A stretch of 64,000 bases of DNA from Armatimonadota bacterium (GCA_037444405.1 JBBIML010000015.1:30303-94302), one strand, 5' to 3'. Counted from the stretch's first letter, positions 34,370 through 44,187 are shown. Made by a program: numbers and translations. The notes: a model not told the origin generated them from the letters alone.

Positions 34370-35158
34370 CTATTTCAGGCGCAATGCCCACTCGATGCCG
34401 CCCAGCAGGTGCTTCTGATAGTCAGGATTGAGCCACACATCGACGCGATGCCCCAGCGCGGTGTAGAACACACGCCCCCTGCCGTAGTCCCGGCACCACG
34501 CGAGCAGGTAGTCGCCCGGCTTGCCCGCGTTCGGTGTGCCATCGTCGGGATGGCGATCCATCGACAGCAGCACCTTCACGCGGTCGCGCGTGTTCTCCTT
34601 GAAAAGGTAAATCTCGTCGAAGATTTCCCAGCTCTCGCCCAGATGAGCGACGGCGGGGTGTTTGCGATCCTCCACACGCGCCTGCACTCTGGTCTGCCGA
34701 CCGTGATAGGCGAACTCGCCGCCGATCATCTCGATATATTCGGGGCGATTGTGATAGGTATCGGTGGCGGCGTGGATACCAATGAATGCTTTGCCCCCCC
34801 TGAGCCATTCCAGAAAGGCTTTCAGGTCGGGAATGCCGATGTCGCCTGTGGTGTTGAGGAAGATCACGCCGTCGTAGCGGTTCTCGTTGAGGTATTCGGG
34901 CGTGAGCATCTTCTGCACTTCATCGGCGGTTCGGCAGTAGTCGACGGTGAACCTGCCACTCTGGTGGGCAAGCTCGGCGAGAATCTTCTCGCCCGCTTCG
35001 ATCGAATCGGAGTGGCGGAAGCCCGCCGTGTGTGTAACGACGAGCAGCCGTTTCGCTGAGGAACTTTTTGTCAGTTCCATCTTTTCCGTTCCCTGTCCCC
35101 AGAGCGATGCGCTGACGAATGCCATCGCCAGCACACCGACGAGCGTTATCCTTCGCAT
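34370..35158 (-). CDS. ThuA-domain (trehalose-utilisation-like) protein, secreted
   Basis: LLVVTHTAGFRHSDSI, FIGIHAATDTY, GRVFYTALGH. Start at ATG 35158 gives signal peptide MRRITLVGVLAMAFVSASLWG. Confidence 0.85.
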   Translation of the reverse strand: MRRITLVGVLAMAFVSASLWGQGTEKMELTKSSSAKRLLVVTHTAGFRHSDSIEAGEKILAELAHQSGRFTVDYCRTADEVQKMLTPEYLNENRYDGVIFLNTTGDIGIPDLKAFLEWLRGGKAFIGIHAATDTYHNRPEYIEMIGGEFAYHGRQTRVQARVEDRKHPAVAHLGESWEIFDEIYLFKENTRDRVKVLLSMDRHPDDGTPNAGKPGDYLLAWCRDYGRGRVFYTALGHRVDVWLNPDYQKHLLGGIEWALRLK

Positions 35159-35195
35159 ACTTTCCCGATTCGGCGCGGTTCGGGCAAACTCCTGC

Positions 35196-35999
35196 CTACG
35201 GATTGCCGTCCCTGCCAAAGTACTGTTCGAACCAGCGTCGCCCCATCTCCATCATCTCTTGCTGCTGTTCAGGCGTGAGCGACTGCCAGTATTCGAACGA
35301 CATGCGCAAGCCTTCGAACATCATCTGGTAGCGCAGTTCAGGGTCGGCGTTGAGCCACATCTGGAAGCCTGCTCGCAGTGCCTGCGCACGCTCTTCGGGC
35401 GTCATGCGTGCCAGCAGCTCCAGCAGTTGCTGCTGGGCTTTGGTGAACTGCTCCATGCGCGTGCCCTTGAGGTCGGCAAGCGCGCGCGGACGCGGCTCCA
35501 GAATCACATAGATAGGAGTGGAGCTGAACGGCGGCTGCATCTGTTCCAGGCTCTGTTCGAAGCCGGGCGCAATCGGGTAGTTCGCCACGAAGGAGTTGAG
35601 CGTGCCCGTGCGTGGGTCGAGCACCAGCACGCCGCCCAGTTCGATGGTGAGCAGGGCGCGCACGGCGGCGACCACCTTTTCCGGTTCAGGCTCCTGCCCC
35701 AGCACCTTGTTTGTGTACACTTCGCGCCAGACGGCTCCTGATACCTGCCCCACCAGCTCGTTCAGCGCGCTCTCCAGCTCTTTTGCCTGCGGCGGCTGCA
35801 CACGCGCTGTCATCAACGGATCCACCACAATTTTCGCCGAGAATTTGCTCGCCAGCTCCTGTGCCGCCTGTGCAATCGGGATGCGCCCGTCGTCCTTCTG
35901 GGCGTTGCCCTTGGTGCCTCCGCGTGGCGCCGACCCGCTTTGAGCCAGCCCCATCAGCAACGCCATACACGCCATCGCAATCGTCCATCCGATTCGCAT
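35196..35999 (-). CDS. secreted hypothetical protein
   Basis: Signal peptide MRIGWTIAMACMALLMGLAQSGSA. No recognised motif. Coding-like composition, unlike the antisense ORFs. Confidence 0.55.
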   Translation of the reverse strand: MRIGWTIAMACMALLMGLAQSGSAPRGGTKGNAQKDDGRIPIAQAAQELASKFSAKIVVDPLMTARVQPPQAKELESALNELVGQVSGAVWREVYTNKVLGQEPEPEKVVAAVRALLTIELGGVLVLDPRTGTLNSFVANYPIAPGFEQSLEQMQPPFSSTPIYVILEPRPRALADLKGTRMEQFTKAQQQLLELLARMTPEERAQALRAGFQMWLNADPELRYQMMFEGLRMSFEYWQSLTPEQQQEMMEMGRRWFEQYFGRDGNP

Positions 36000-36087
36000 T
36001 GTCCAGAACACCTCCAGAAAAAGTGGCAGGAATCGCTCCCTGCCTCGCGAAAGCGATTATACCATACGCGCGCCGTCGAAACATGCT

Positions 36088-36093
36088 ATAATC
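36088..36093 (+). promoter_or_regulatory. -10 box TATAAT (preceded by TGc) upstream of pilB
   Basis: Reads acaTGCTATAATctatacgg, 38 nt before the ATG at 36132. Confidence 0.45.
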
Positions 36094-36131
36094 TATACGG
36101 CGGACAGACGCTCAACAGGGAGTGACGAACG

Positions 36132-37901
36132 ATGGCAATGACACGCAAGAGCATGGGTGAGTACCTGATTGAGAAGGGTCTCATCACCCGTGAGCAACTG
36201 GAGGACGCGCTGCGGGTGCAGCAGACCACGGGTAAGGACCTGGCACAGATTCTGGTGGACCAGGCGGTGGTCAGCGAGCGTGATGCCTACGAGGCGAAAG
36301 CCTACGAGCTGGGCATGCCGTTCGTTGACCTCGATCGCACCACGCCCGACCCCTCCGCCGTCAATGTGGTCAAAGAGCATATAGCCAAGCGATATAATGT
36401 GATGCCCGTTAAAAAAGAAGGCAACATCCTCTATCTGGCGATGGCGGACCCGAACAATGTGATGGCGATCGATGATGTGCGGGTCAACTCGCGTTGCATG
36501 GTGCGTCCGGTGCTGGCGGCGCCGGGCGCGATTGAGGACGCGATTCGTCGCGCCTATGGCGGCTCTGCCATCGCGGGCGATGGCAGCATGACAGCGGGTG
36601 AGGGTGGAGGCGGCACACCCGCGCGACCCACGGACCTGAAAGCCTCCGTGATGTCGGAAGTCGCCGCCTACAGCGCACGGGGCGACCTCGAAGAAGACGA
36701 AAAAGCCGTGCTGCGCGAAGCCGAAGAGGGTCCCATCGTGCGCGCCGCCAATATCATCATTCAACGCGCCATCGACGAACGCGCCAGCGATATCCATGTC
36801 GAACCGCAGCTGCGCAATGTGCGCATCCGCTACCGAATCGACGGCGTGCTGCACGAGGTGCTGACCCTGCCCAAGTATATCCAGGCGCCGCTCATCTCCC
36901 GCTACAAAATCATGGCGGAGATGAACATCGCCGAGAAGCGCCTGCCACAGGATGGACGCATCCCCATCCGCTACCAGAACAAAGACTACGACCTGCGCGT
37001 CTCGTCCATCCCCACTCCGCTGGGCGAAAAGATCGTGATGCGTATTCTGGACAAAACCAGCGTGCTGATCGGTCTCAACAAGCTCGGCTTCACACCCGAA
37101 ACGCAGGCACGCCTCGAAGAGCTGGTCATCCAGCCGCAGGGCATGGTGCTGTCGACCGGACCCACTGGCTCCGGCAAGACCACCACCCAATACTCGATCC
37201 TGCACAAACTGAACTCAGTGGAGAAGAACATCCTCACGATTGAGGACCCGATTGAATATCAGCTGCCGGGCATCAGTCAGGTGCAGGTGAACCGCAAGGC
37301 GGGTCTGACCTTCGCGAACGCGCTGCGCGCCTTCCTGCGCCAGGACCCCGACATCATCATGGTGGGTGAGATGCGCGACCTGGAGACCGCCGAGATCGCG
37401 ATTGAAGCCGCACTCACGGGACACCTGGTGCTCTCCACCCTGCACACTAACGACGCGCCCTCGGCAGTCATCCGTATGATCGATATGGGCGTGGAGCCGT
37501 ACCTCATCGCGGCAACCGTCACGGGCGTGCTGGCGCAGCGGCTGGCACGGCGCGTGTGCCAGAAGTGCAAGCAGCCGCGCGAGATTCGCGCCGCCGACCT
37601 GCGTGCCTTCGGATTCCAGGTGGAAGACCCCGACCAGGTCGTCACCATCTGGGAGGGCACAGGCTGCGAAGAGTGCCGCTATCGCGGCTACAAGGGACGA
37701 ATCGGTATCTTCGAATTGATGGTGGTCAACGCCGAGATTGCTGAACTGATTGTTCGTCGCGCGCCGCTCTCCGACATCAAAGAAGCCGCCAAAGCGAACG
37801 GCATGAAGGAGCTGCGCGAGGACGGACTCATCAAGGTGCTGGAAGGCGTCACGACCCCTGACGAAGTGCGCCGTGTGGTGTTCACCGCCGGCTACTACTA
37901 A
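36132..37901 (+). CDS. pilB: type IV pilus assembly ATPase PilB (GspE family) with an N-terminal MshEN/T2SSE_N domain
   Basis: Walker A GPTGSGKTTT, Asp/His boxes, tetracysteine CQKC...CEEC. N-terminus GEYLIEKGLITREQLEDALRVQ. Confidence 0.92.
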   Translation: MAMTRKSMGEYLIEKGLITREQLEDALRVQQTTGKDLAQILVDQAVVSERDAYEAKAYELGMPFVDLDRTTPDPSAVNVVKEHIAKRYNVMPVKKEGNILYLAMADPNNVMAIDDVRVNSRCMVRPVLAAPGAIEDAIRRAYGGSAIAGDGSMTAGEGGGGTPARPTDLKASVMSEVAAYSARGDLEEDEKAVLREAEEGPIVRAANIIIQRAIDERASDIHVEPQLRNVRIRYRIDGVLHEVLTLPKYIQAPLISRYKIMAEMNIAEKRLPQDGRIPIRYQNKDYDLRVSSIPTPLGEKIVMRILDKTSVLIGLNKLGFTPETQARLEELVIQPQGMVLSTGPTGSGKTTTQYSILHKLNSVEKNILTIEDPIEYQLPGISQVQVNRKAGLTFANALRAFLRQDPDIIMVGEMRDLETAEIAIEAALTGHLVLSTLHTNDAPSAVIRMIDMGVEPYLIAATVTGVLAQRLARRVCQKCKQPREIRAADLRAFGFQVEDPDQVVTIWEGTGCEECRYRGYKGRIGIFELMVVNAEIAELIVRRAPLSDIKEAAKANGMKELREDGLIKVLEGVTTPDEVRRVVFTAGYY

Positions 37902-37963
37902 ACGGGAACCACCCGTAAGGGTCAACCTGACCAATAAACCAGTTGCAAGGAGGTCGCAAGCGA

Positions 37964-39163
37964 ATGTATATGCCGAACAATCCGACAGAAGATGCACAGG
38001 CGGGCGGCGGTGTGGGCACCGTGCAGACGCCCGTCATGGGACAGGCACGCTCGCTCGAAGATATCCACATCGACGAACTGCTCTACATCGTGGTCGAGAA
38101 GGGCGCATCGGACCTGCACCTGTGCCCCTATGTTGAACCCGTTATTCGCGTGGATGGTCAGCTGCTGCGCCTCAATTTCGAAAAAGCCAGTCCCAGCGAG
38201 ACCCAGCGGCTCATCTACGACATCCTCACCGATGAGCAGATCCAGCGATTCGAAACCACCTATGAGCTGGACTTCTCCTACAGCCTGCACAGGGTTGCCC
38301 GATTCCGCGTGAATGTGTACAAAGATAAGGGCGCGGTGGCTGCCGCGTTCCGTCTCATCCCGGCGCGGGTGCCCACCATTCGCGAGCTGAACCTGCCGCC
38401 CGTGCTGGAAGAACTCACGCGCCGACCGCGCGGGTTGATTCTGGTGACCGGTCCCACCGGCTCTGGCAAATCGACCACCTTAGCCGCGATGATCAACCAG
38501 ATCAACAGCGAGCGCAGTGTGCATATCATCACGATTGAGGACCCCATCGAGTACCTGCACCAGCACAAGTTCAGCATTATCAATCAGCGCGAGCTGGGGC
38601 AGGACACGAAGAGCTTTGCGGCGGCGCTCCGCTCGGCGCTGCGCGAGGACCCCGATGTGATTCTGGTGGGCGAGATGCGCGACCTGGAGACCATCCAGCT
38701 CGCCATCACCGCCGCCGAGACAGGACATCTCGTGCTGGCAACCCTGCACACGAACAACGCCGCCGAATCGGTGGACCGTATCGTCGATGTGTTCCCGCCC
38801 GGTCAGCAGGAGCAGATTCGCATTCAGCTGGCGAACAACCTGCAGGCGATTATCAGCCAGCAGCTGCTGCCGCGTGCGGGTCAACCCGGTCGCGTGCCCG
38901 CCGTGGAGGTGATGATTGCCACACCCGCCATTCGCAACCTGATCCGCGAGAACAAGACTCACCAGATTCACACCATGATTCAGACCAGCGGTCAGCTGGG
39001 CATGCAGACGATGGATCAGTCGCTGCGCGATCTCTATCTCAAGGGCTGGATCACCTACGAGGAGGCGATGGCGCGCGCGATTAATCCAGACGAGCTACGC
39101 AAGATGATTGCGCCCACCGGCGGAGTGCCGGGCACACCGCCTGCGCCGGGTCGCGGGCGCTAA
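37964..39163 (+). CDS. pilT: twitching-motility retraction ATPase PilT
   Basis: ASDLHL, GPTGSGKSTTLAAMI, ITIEDPIEY, GHLVLATLHTN, AIRNLIRE. AAGGAGG SD 10 nt before ATG 37964. Confidence 0.92.
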   Translation: MYMPNNPTEDAQAGGGVGTVQTPVMGQARSLEDIHIDELLYIVVEKGASDLHLCPYVEPVIRVDGQLLRLNFEKASPSETQRLIYDILTDEQIQRFETTYELDFSYSLHRVARFRVNVYKDKGAVAAAFRLIPARVPTIRELNLPPVLEELTRRPRGLILVTGPTGSGKSTTLAAMINQINSERSVHIITIEDPIEYLHQHKFSIINQRELGQDTKSFAAALRSALREDPDVILVGEMRDLETIQLAITAAETGHLVLATLHTNNAAESVDRIVDVFPPGQQEQIRIQLANNLQAIISQQLLPRAGQPGRVPAVEVMIATPAIRNLIRENKTHQIHTMIQTSGQLGMQTMDQSLRDLYLKGWITYEEAMARAINPDELRKMIAPTGGVPGTPPAPGRGR

Positions 39164-39178
39164 GAGGAGGCGAGCAAG

Positions 39179-40399
39179 ATGCCGTTCTTTAACTACACGA
39201 TTCGGGATCAATCGGGCGCGACCCGTTCGGGCAAAGCGGAAGCCGAGAATGCGGAGGTGCTGCGCAAGCGGCTGCAGGAAGAAGGCTTCCAGGTGATCGA
39301 AATCTCGATGGATCGGGCGGCGCCACGCGTGCCGGCGGGCGGCTACGGGCGCGTGCGCCTGAGCGACCTCGCCATCTTCGCCCGCCAGTTCTCCACCATG
39401 CTCGATGCGGGCGTGTCGCTTGTGCGCTGCCTCGATGTGCTGCAGCAGCAGACCAGCAACGCGCGCCTACGCCGAATCCTGATGGATCTCTCCACGCGCG
39501 TCGAATCGGGCGAGAGCCTCTCCCGCGCAATGTCGCGCCACCCCAAAGCGTTCAGCCAGCTGATTATCGGTCTGATCCGCGCGGGTGAGGTCGGCGGCGT
39601 GCTGGAGGAATCGCTGCAGCGAATCGCCCACTTCCTGGAGAAGGATGTGGAGCTGCGCCGCAAGATCCGGTCCGCGCTCACCTACCCTGTCATCGTGCTG
39701 CTGGCGGCGACGGGCATCGTGATCTTCCTGGTATCGTGGCTGGTGCCTCAGTTCGCCAGCCTGTTCAGGGACCTCGGCATCAAACAGCTCCCTGCCCCTA
39801 CCCAGTTCCTGGTGGACCTGAGCGCGTTTCTGACCCAGAAGTGGTACATCATCATCATTTCGCTGGTGGTGATTATCATCGCCTACAAGCTATTTGTCAG
39901 CACGCGGGTCGGGCGGCGGGTCGCAGACAGGGTGAAACTACGCCTGCCTGTGTTTGGCAAACTGCACCACAAGATTGTGATGGCGCGCTTCAGCCGCACA
40001 ATGGGCACTCTGCTCGCTTCGGGCGTGCCGATCCTGCAGGCGATGGAGACGGTGGCAGGCGTCGTGGGCAACTCGGTTGTTGCCGACGCCGTGCTGGAAT
40101 CGCGCGCCCGCATCCGTGAAGGCGAGAAGATTGCTGACCCACTCCAGAAAAGCAAAATGTTCCCACCGATGGTGGTGCATATGGTCAGCGTCGGCGAGGA
40201 ATCAGGCTCGCTGGATCACATGCTCAACAAGATTGCCGACTTCTACGAGAACGAGGTGGAGACCGCGATTGCGAGCCTGACCGCTGCGATTGAGCCAGTG
40301 ATGATTGTGATCCTCGGCTTCATCGTCGGCTTCATCGTGATTTCGATGTTCCTGCCGATGATCGAGGTGATTTCGAATCTGAGCCAATCGCAGAGCTGA
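39179..40399 (+). CDS. pilC: type IV pilus platform protein PilC (GspF family)
   Basis: 406 aa with two GspF repeats (FARQFSTMLDAGVSL and FSRTMGTLLASGVPIL) and 3 TM segments. Confidence 0.92.
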   Translation: MPFFNYTIRDQSGATRSGKAEAENAEVLRKRLQEEGFQVIEISMDRAAPRVPAGGYGRVRLSDLAIFARQFSTMLDAGVSLVRCLDVLQQQTSNARLRRILMDLSTRVESGESLSRAMSRHPKAFSQLIIGLIRAGEVGGVLEESLQRIAHFLEKDVELRRKIRSALTYPVIVLLAATGIVIFLVSWLVPQFASLFRDLGIKQLPAPTQFLVDLSAFLTQKWYIIIISLVVIIIAYKLFVSTRVGRRVADRVKLRLPVFGKLHHKIVMARFSRTMGTLLASGVPILQAMETVAGVVGNSVVADAVLESRARIREGEKIADPLQKSKMFPPMVVHMVSVGEESGSLDHMLNKIADFYENEVETAIASLTAAIEPVMIVILGFIVGFIVISMFLPMIEVISNLSQSQS

Positions 40400-41424
40400 T
40401 GCTACCTGCCTGGAGCGTGGTGTTCGGCGTTGCCTTCGGGGCAGCGATAGGCAGCTTTTTGAATGTGCTGATCTATCGGCTGCCCCGAAGGCTTTCTATC
40501 GTTTTTCCGCCTTCCCATTGCCCGGCATGTCAGCATCGGCTCGGCGTGCGCGATCTGGTGCCGCTGTTGAGCTATCTGATACAGGGTGGGAAGTGTCGCT
40601 ACTGTCGTGCCCGCATCTCTGTGCGCTACTTTCTGGTGGAGCTGTGGAGCGCGAGCGTGTGGGGCTGGCTCTGGTGGCAGCATCTGGTGGCGGGCGAGCT
40701 GCCCCTGCGCTTCCTGCTCTACGCGCTCGCCTGCGCCGCGCTGATCGCCATCTTCTTTATTGACCTCGAACACACCATCATCCCCGACGAGCTGAACTTC
40801 GCGCTGCTCATAGCGGGTCTCCTGCATGCCTGGCTCCTTGTGAATCAGCCCACCGACTGGTCATGGGCATACTGGGGTGAGGTGAATCTCAAAAATGCGC
40901 TTGTGGGTGCGGAGGTAGGCGCGGGCATCCTGTGCCTGATTGCGATCCTGGGGCGGGTGGTGTTCCGTCGTGACGCGATGGGGCACGGCGACATCAAGCT
41001 GGTGCGGGCGATGGGCGCGTTATTGCCGTTGCCCGCGTTGCTGACCGCGTTCGCACTGGCGGTGGCAGGCGGCGCGATCATCGGCGGCTTGTGGGTACTG
41101 TGGCAGTCGCGTCGTCAGCCGTCGGAAGCTGCAGGCAAGGCGGAGGGCGAATCGCTCCCACCTGAACCCATTCCCAGCCTCCTGCTGATGTGCCTGATCT
41201 ATCTGCTCTGGCTCGATGTGCTGCTGATGCTGTTGCCCGCCCGCTGGCAGCAGCGCCTTTACACCGCGCTCGGTCAGCCTGCTGAAGAGGAAGAAGAGCT
41301 ATCCACTATGCCTGGCATGCTGCCGTTTGGTCCCTTTCTGGCAGTGGGAGCGCAGCTGACCCTGCTTTTCGGCGCGCCGCTTGCCTCCCTCATCCGCGCC
41401 TATCTGAATTGGTCGGGATTTTGA
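40399..41424 (+). CDS. pilD: prepilin peptidase/N-methyltransferase PilD (A24 family) with a ~50-aa insertion before the C-terminal PFGP motif
   Basis: CPACQHRL...CRYCRARIS zinc motif, IDLEHTIIPDE, GHGDIKL, LPFGPFLAVG. The ATG overlaps the pilC stop (TGATG). Confidence 0.9.
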   Translation: MLPAWSVVFGVAFGAAIGSFLNVLIYRLPRRLSIVFPPSHCPACQHRLGVRDLVPLLSYLIQGGKCRYCRARISVRYFLVELWSASVWGWLWWQHLVAGELPLRFLLYALACAALIAIFFIDLEHTIIPDELNFALLIAGLLHAWLLVNQPTDWSWAYWGEVNLKNALVGAEVGAGILCLIAILGRVVFRRDAMGHGDIKLVRAMGALLPLPALLTAFALAVAGGAIIGGLWVLWQSRRQPSEAAGKAEGESLPPEPIPSLLLMCLIYLLWLDVLLMLLPARWQQRLYTALGQPAEEEEELSTMPGMLPFGPFLAVGAQLTLLFGAPLASLIRAYLNWSGF

Positions 41425-41503
41425 CGACAAACGGCAGGATTCGAGCGGTGCATGAAGTATAATGAACACCTAATGAACGAAGGAAGGTGACCGTTCCCGG
41501 TGG

Positions 41504-41539
41504 GGGCGTCTCCCGCGAAGGGCGGACGCCCTCTTTTCT
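41504..41539 (+). terminator. intrinsic terminator downstream of the pil cluster
   Basis: GGGCGTC...GACGCCC stem (41504-41510 and 41525-41531) with an inner CCC/GGG pairing, followed by TCTTTTCT. Confidence 0.6.
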
Positions 41540-41769
41540 ACGCTAAGAGGCAGCTGCTTCTACATTAGCAATCCCTCACCCAGCAGCCTTCCATCCAGCA
41601 CCAGCACCACACGACCCTCCAGCGCCGCCGTTATCACCTCATTCACCACCTCCGCTCCACCAACCGCCGGCACCGCCTCATATCCCAACCGCTGTAGTAT
41701 CCTCACCCGACGCAGCGCTCGCTCCATATCTCCCGTGTCCACCACCCACGACGCTTGCCAGCAACAGGG

Positions 41770-41775
41770 TAGAAT
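41770..41775 (+). promoter_or_regulatory. -10-like TAGAAT 8 nt upstream of the ATG at 41784 (leaderless candidate)
   Basis: Reads agggTAGAATatgttctgATGaga. Confidence 0.4.
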
Positions 41776-41783
41776 ATGTTCTG

Positions 41784-44150
41784 ATGAGACGGTCAGGCTG
41801 GTGGTTATCCCTCGTGCTGTTTTCCCTTACTGGTCTGGTGTGGGGTCAAACTGCCCCTGCAATGCAGGCGTTGCGCTGGCAGGTGCGCCCTGGTGCGGAG
41901 TCGGGCGTTTTGATGAGCAGCACGCGCAGTCGGCTGGAGGGCGACCATCGGCTGATTGGCAGGCGCGGGACGGCAACCTACGGCTTCCGTGTGCTGAGCG
42001 GGATGGATGTGCAGGTGCAGGTTACGGCAGGGGGTAATGGGCAGGTGCGCCTGCGTGCCGCCGATAGGGGGCTGGCAGTTCAACCTGTTCGTGGCGGCGT
42101 ACGCACCTACACGCTCACTGTTCGCACGCCGTACCAGCCTGCCATCCAGACCCTGCAGGTGACGGTGGCGGCGGGTCGGCGCGGGCGCGTGGTGCTGTAC
42201 GGCATAACGGTTCGGGCAACCCAGCGCGACGAGGACGGCGACGGCATCGGCGACAGCACTGAACGCTTGCTGGGCGCACCCATCAGCGCACTCAAGCCGA
42301 AGCTCACTCCGCCGCGAGTCGAGTCGCCGGCTGCCATCCTCACCGAGTCTGTCGTTAACAAGCCCGTGCCGCTCAGCGGGGAGTATCAGCCCGACCCGTT
42401 CAGCCTGACCTATCTGCGCTGTGCGCTGCTAACGGGCATGCTGGGCGGGCGAGCGGAGCCTGTGCCACTCACAATAGACCCGATGCAGGAGCTGCTGCAG
42501 CGCGACCTGCGAACCCATCAGCGGGTGTTGTTCAGCACACTGGTCGCAACGCTGATGGCACCATCGGTACGCCCGATTATTGATCTGGAGCAACTCGACG
42601 CGCCGCCCGATTATCTGGCGTTGGTGTGGAGCGCGGCGCAGGCGGTCGATTCGATGGCGGAGCGCGGGGCGGGCACGCTGGACGCGGGGCTGGAGGGTAT
42701 TGGCGTGCTGGTGTCGGGCTTGGAATCGATGGACACAGCGGCGGTGCTTGCTGTCGCGCTGCCGCTGGTGCGGGCAGGCGTGCCCGTACAGTTCTGGACG
42801 CCACAACGGCTGGTGAGTCGTCCTGACTGGGGCAATCTGCGCCTGCTGATCTGGACGCCCGAAGCGGTGCCCGTCGAAAACACGGCTGCCCTTGAATCGA
42901 TGGCGAGCTGGGTGCGCAACGGTGGCTGGTTGTTTGTGGTGGGCATGCCCGTCAGCGATTCGCAGGGCGTGGACAGCTCGACCACACTGCAGGCGCTGCT
43001 GGCACGGCTGGGGCTGAATCCCACCCTCACGGTCATGCCCGACACGGGGGAACGCCCCTCCTGGCAGGAGGTCGCCCGACATGGGACGCAACCGGAACAG
43101 GGCACGCTCAACCGCCACTGGGTGGAGATCGACCTCAGCCCCTATGCGGGTCAAACGGTTTATGTGCGTTTCAGCGACAGTCTGCCCGACACAGGCTTCG
43201 GCGCGCGCGTGCGTCAGGTGCGACTGGAATCGGACGGGCGTGTGTGGACGGCTTTCCAGACGGGCACCGTCGTGGAGCGACTGTTCCTCTACGCGCATTC
43301 GGAAAGTCTGCTGAACGCCAGCGGGGAGCGTACCGCCGACGGCACAGCATGGTTTGTCTACCGCTTCCCGTTGCCTGCAGCCACACGCCTCACCCTGCGC
43401 GTGGAGATTGCGCAGGAGTGGCGAATTGAACTCAGCCTGCAGCCGCCCTATCCAGAGCGCGTGCTGACCCGCCAGCGCCCCGATTTGCCGATGCTGACCC
43501 TGCGCCACGATGAGCGCGTGGTTGCCTGCTCGCTGGAGGGCGCAGAGCGGCTCTATCAGCTGGGCGATGTGCCAGTGGGCATGCTGCAAACCGTCGGGCG
43601 CGGCGGCGTGATGCTGCTGGGCGTTTCGAGCAGGGTTTTCGCTAACAGTCCCAACGGTGAGAGCCAGCTGCGTCAGCTCGTACGCTATATTATCGGGCGT
43701 GCGGGCGTGCGCTATCGCGAGCGCGCACGGTTCACCATCCAGCGCGGCGACTGGCTGGCAGCCTTCGGCACCTACCGACTCACCGTGCTACGCGGCACCT
43801 ATCTGGATGTGCTGGATCCAGCGCTGCCGATACAGACCGATGTGGTGCTGGAGCCGCGAACGCCGCGCCTGCTCCTGCGCGTGGATACGCGACTCCAGCG
43901 AGCCAATCTGCTCCACACCAACGCGCAGATTGTGCTGCGCCACGAAACCGTTAGCTCGCTCAGCTATCTGATGCGTGGTGCGGAGGGCGTGCCAGGCTTC
44001 GCCCGAATCAGTCTCGGCTCGCTCAAAGGGCAGGTTCAGCTGTTCGATCCGCTGGGGCGACCTGCGTCTGCGAAGGTGGAGCGGGCGGGCAGAACGGTGC
44101 TGGTTCGCTGGAACATGAGCGCGAGCGGGCATGTGCTGATAGTGCGTTGA
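41784..44150 (+). CDS. large secreted protein of unknown function (788 aa)
   Basis: Signal peptide MRRSGWWLSLVLFSLTGLVWGQT. Beta-sandwich-like N-terminal region. DEDGDGIGDSTE calcium-binding-like motif. LLIWTPEAVPVENTAALESMASWVRNGGWLFVVG resembles DUF4350/GATase1-like folds. Confidence 0.6.
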   Translation: MRRSGWWLSLVLFSLTGLVWGQTAPAMQALRWQVRPGAESGVLMSSTRSRLEGDHRLIGRRGTATYGFRVLSGMDVQVQVTAGGNGQVRLRAADRGLAVQPVRGGVRTYTLTVRTPYQPAIQTLQVTVAAGRRGRVVLYGITVRATQRDEDGDGIGDSTERLLGAPISALKPKLTPPRVESPAAILTESVVNKPVPLSGEYQPDPFSLTYLRCALLTGMLGGRAEPVPLTIDPMQELLQRDLRTHQRVLFSTLVATLMAPSVRPIIDLEQLDAPPDYLALVWSAAQAVDSMAERGAGTLDAGLEGIGVLVSGLESMDTAAVLAVALPLVRAGVPVQFWTPQRLVSRPDWGNLRLLIWTPEAVPVENTAALESMASWVRNGGWLFVVGMPVSDSQGVDSSTTLQALLARLGLNPTLTVMPDTGERPSWQEVARHGTQPEQGTLNRHWVEIDLSPYAGQTVYVRFSDSLPDTGFGARVRQVRLESDGRVWTAFQTGTVVERLFLYAHSESLLNASGERTADGTAWFVYRFPLPAATRLTLRVEIAQEWRIELSLQPPYPERVLTRQRPDLPMLTLRHDERVVACSLEGAERLYQLGDVPVGMLQTVGRGGVMLLGVSSRVFANSPNGESQLRQLVRYIIGRAGVRYRERARFTIQRGDWLAAFGTYRLTVLRGTYLDVLDPALPIQTDVVLEPRTPRLLLRVDTRLQRANLLHTNAQIVLRHETVSSLSYLMRGAEGVPGFARISLGSLKGQVQLFDPLGRPASAKVERAGRTVLVRWNMSASGHVLIVR

Positions 44151-44167
44151 GCGAACCTTCAGCGGGG

Positions 44168-44173
44168 TAGAAT
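44168..44173 (+). promoter_or_regulatory. -10-like TAGAAT 14 nt upstream of the TgpA-like start
   Basis: Reads ggggTAGAATcgtattAGGAAGcgATG. Confidence 0.35.
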
Positions 44174-44187
44174 CGTATTAGGAAGCG

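Noticed and set aside
36093-37205. 370-aa minus-strand ORF (and 37215..37997 -, 38480..38971 -)
   Set aside because: These are antisense to pilB and pilT, which carry complete GspE/PilT ATPase motifs.
41458-41539. Possible small RNA (TATAAT at 41458-41463 to the terminator at 41504-41539), or a 12-codon peptide MKYNEHLMNEGR
   Set aside because: There is no supporting -35 or extended -10. The terminator is adequately explained as the end of the pilBTCD transcript. There is no conserved structure I can recognise. Only RNA-seq could revive it.
41560-41745. 61-aa minus-strand ORF (VDTGDMERALRRVRILQRLGYEAVPAVGGAEVVNEVITAALEGRVVLVLDGRLL)
   Set aside because: It vaguely resembles the C-terminal half of small PIN-like/DUF5615 toxins. 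However, it starts at GTG, lacks the N-terminal half, a partner antitoxin and an SD. At best it is a gene remnant, so it was not called.
42429-43589. 386-aa minus-strand ORF
   Set aside because: It is antisense to the 788-aa secreted-protein gene. Its His/Arg/Gln-rich composition lacks any motif.
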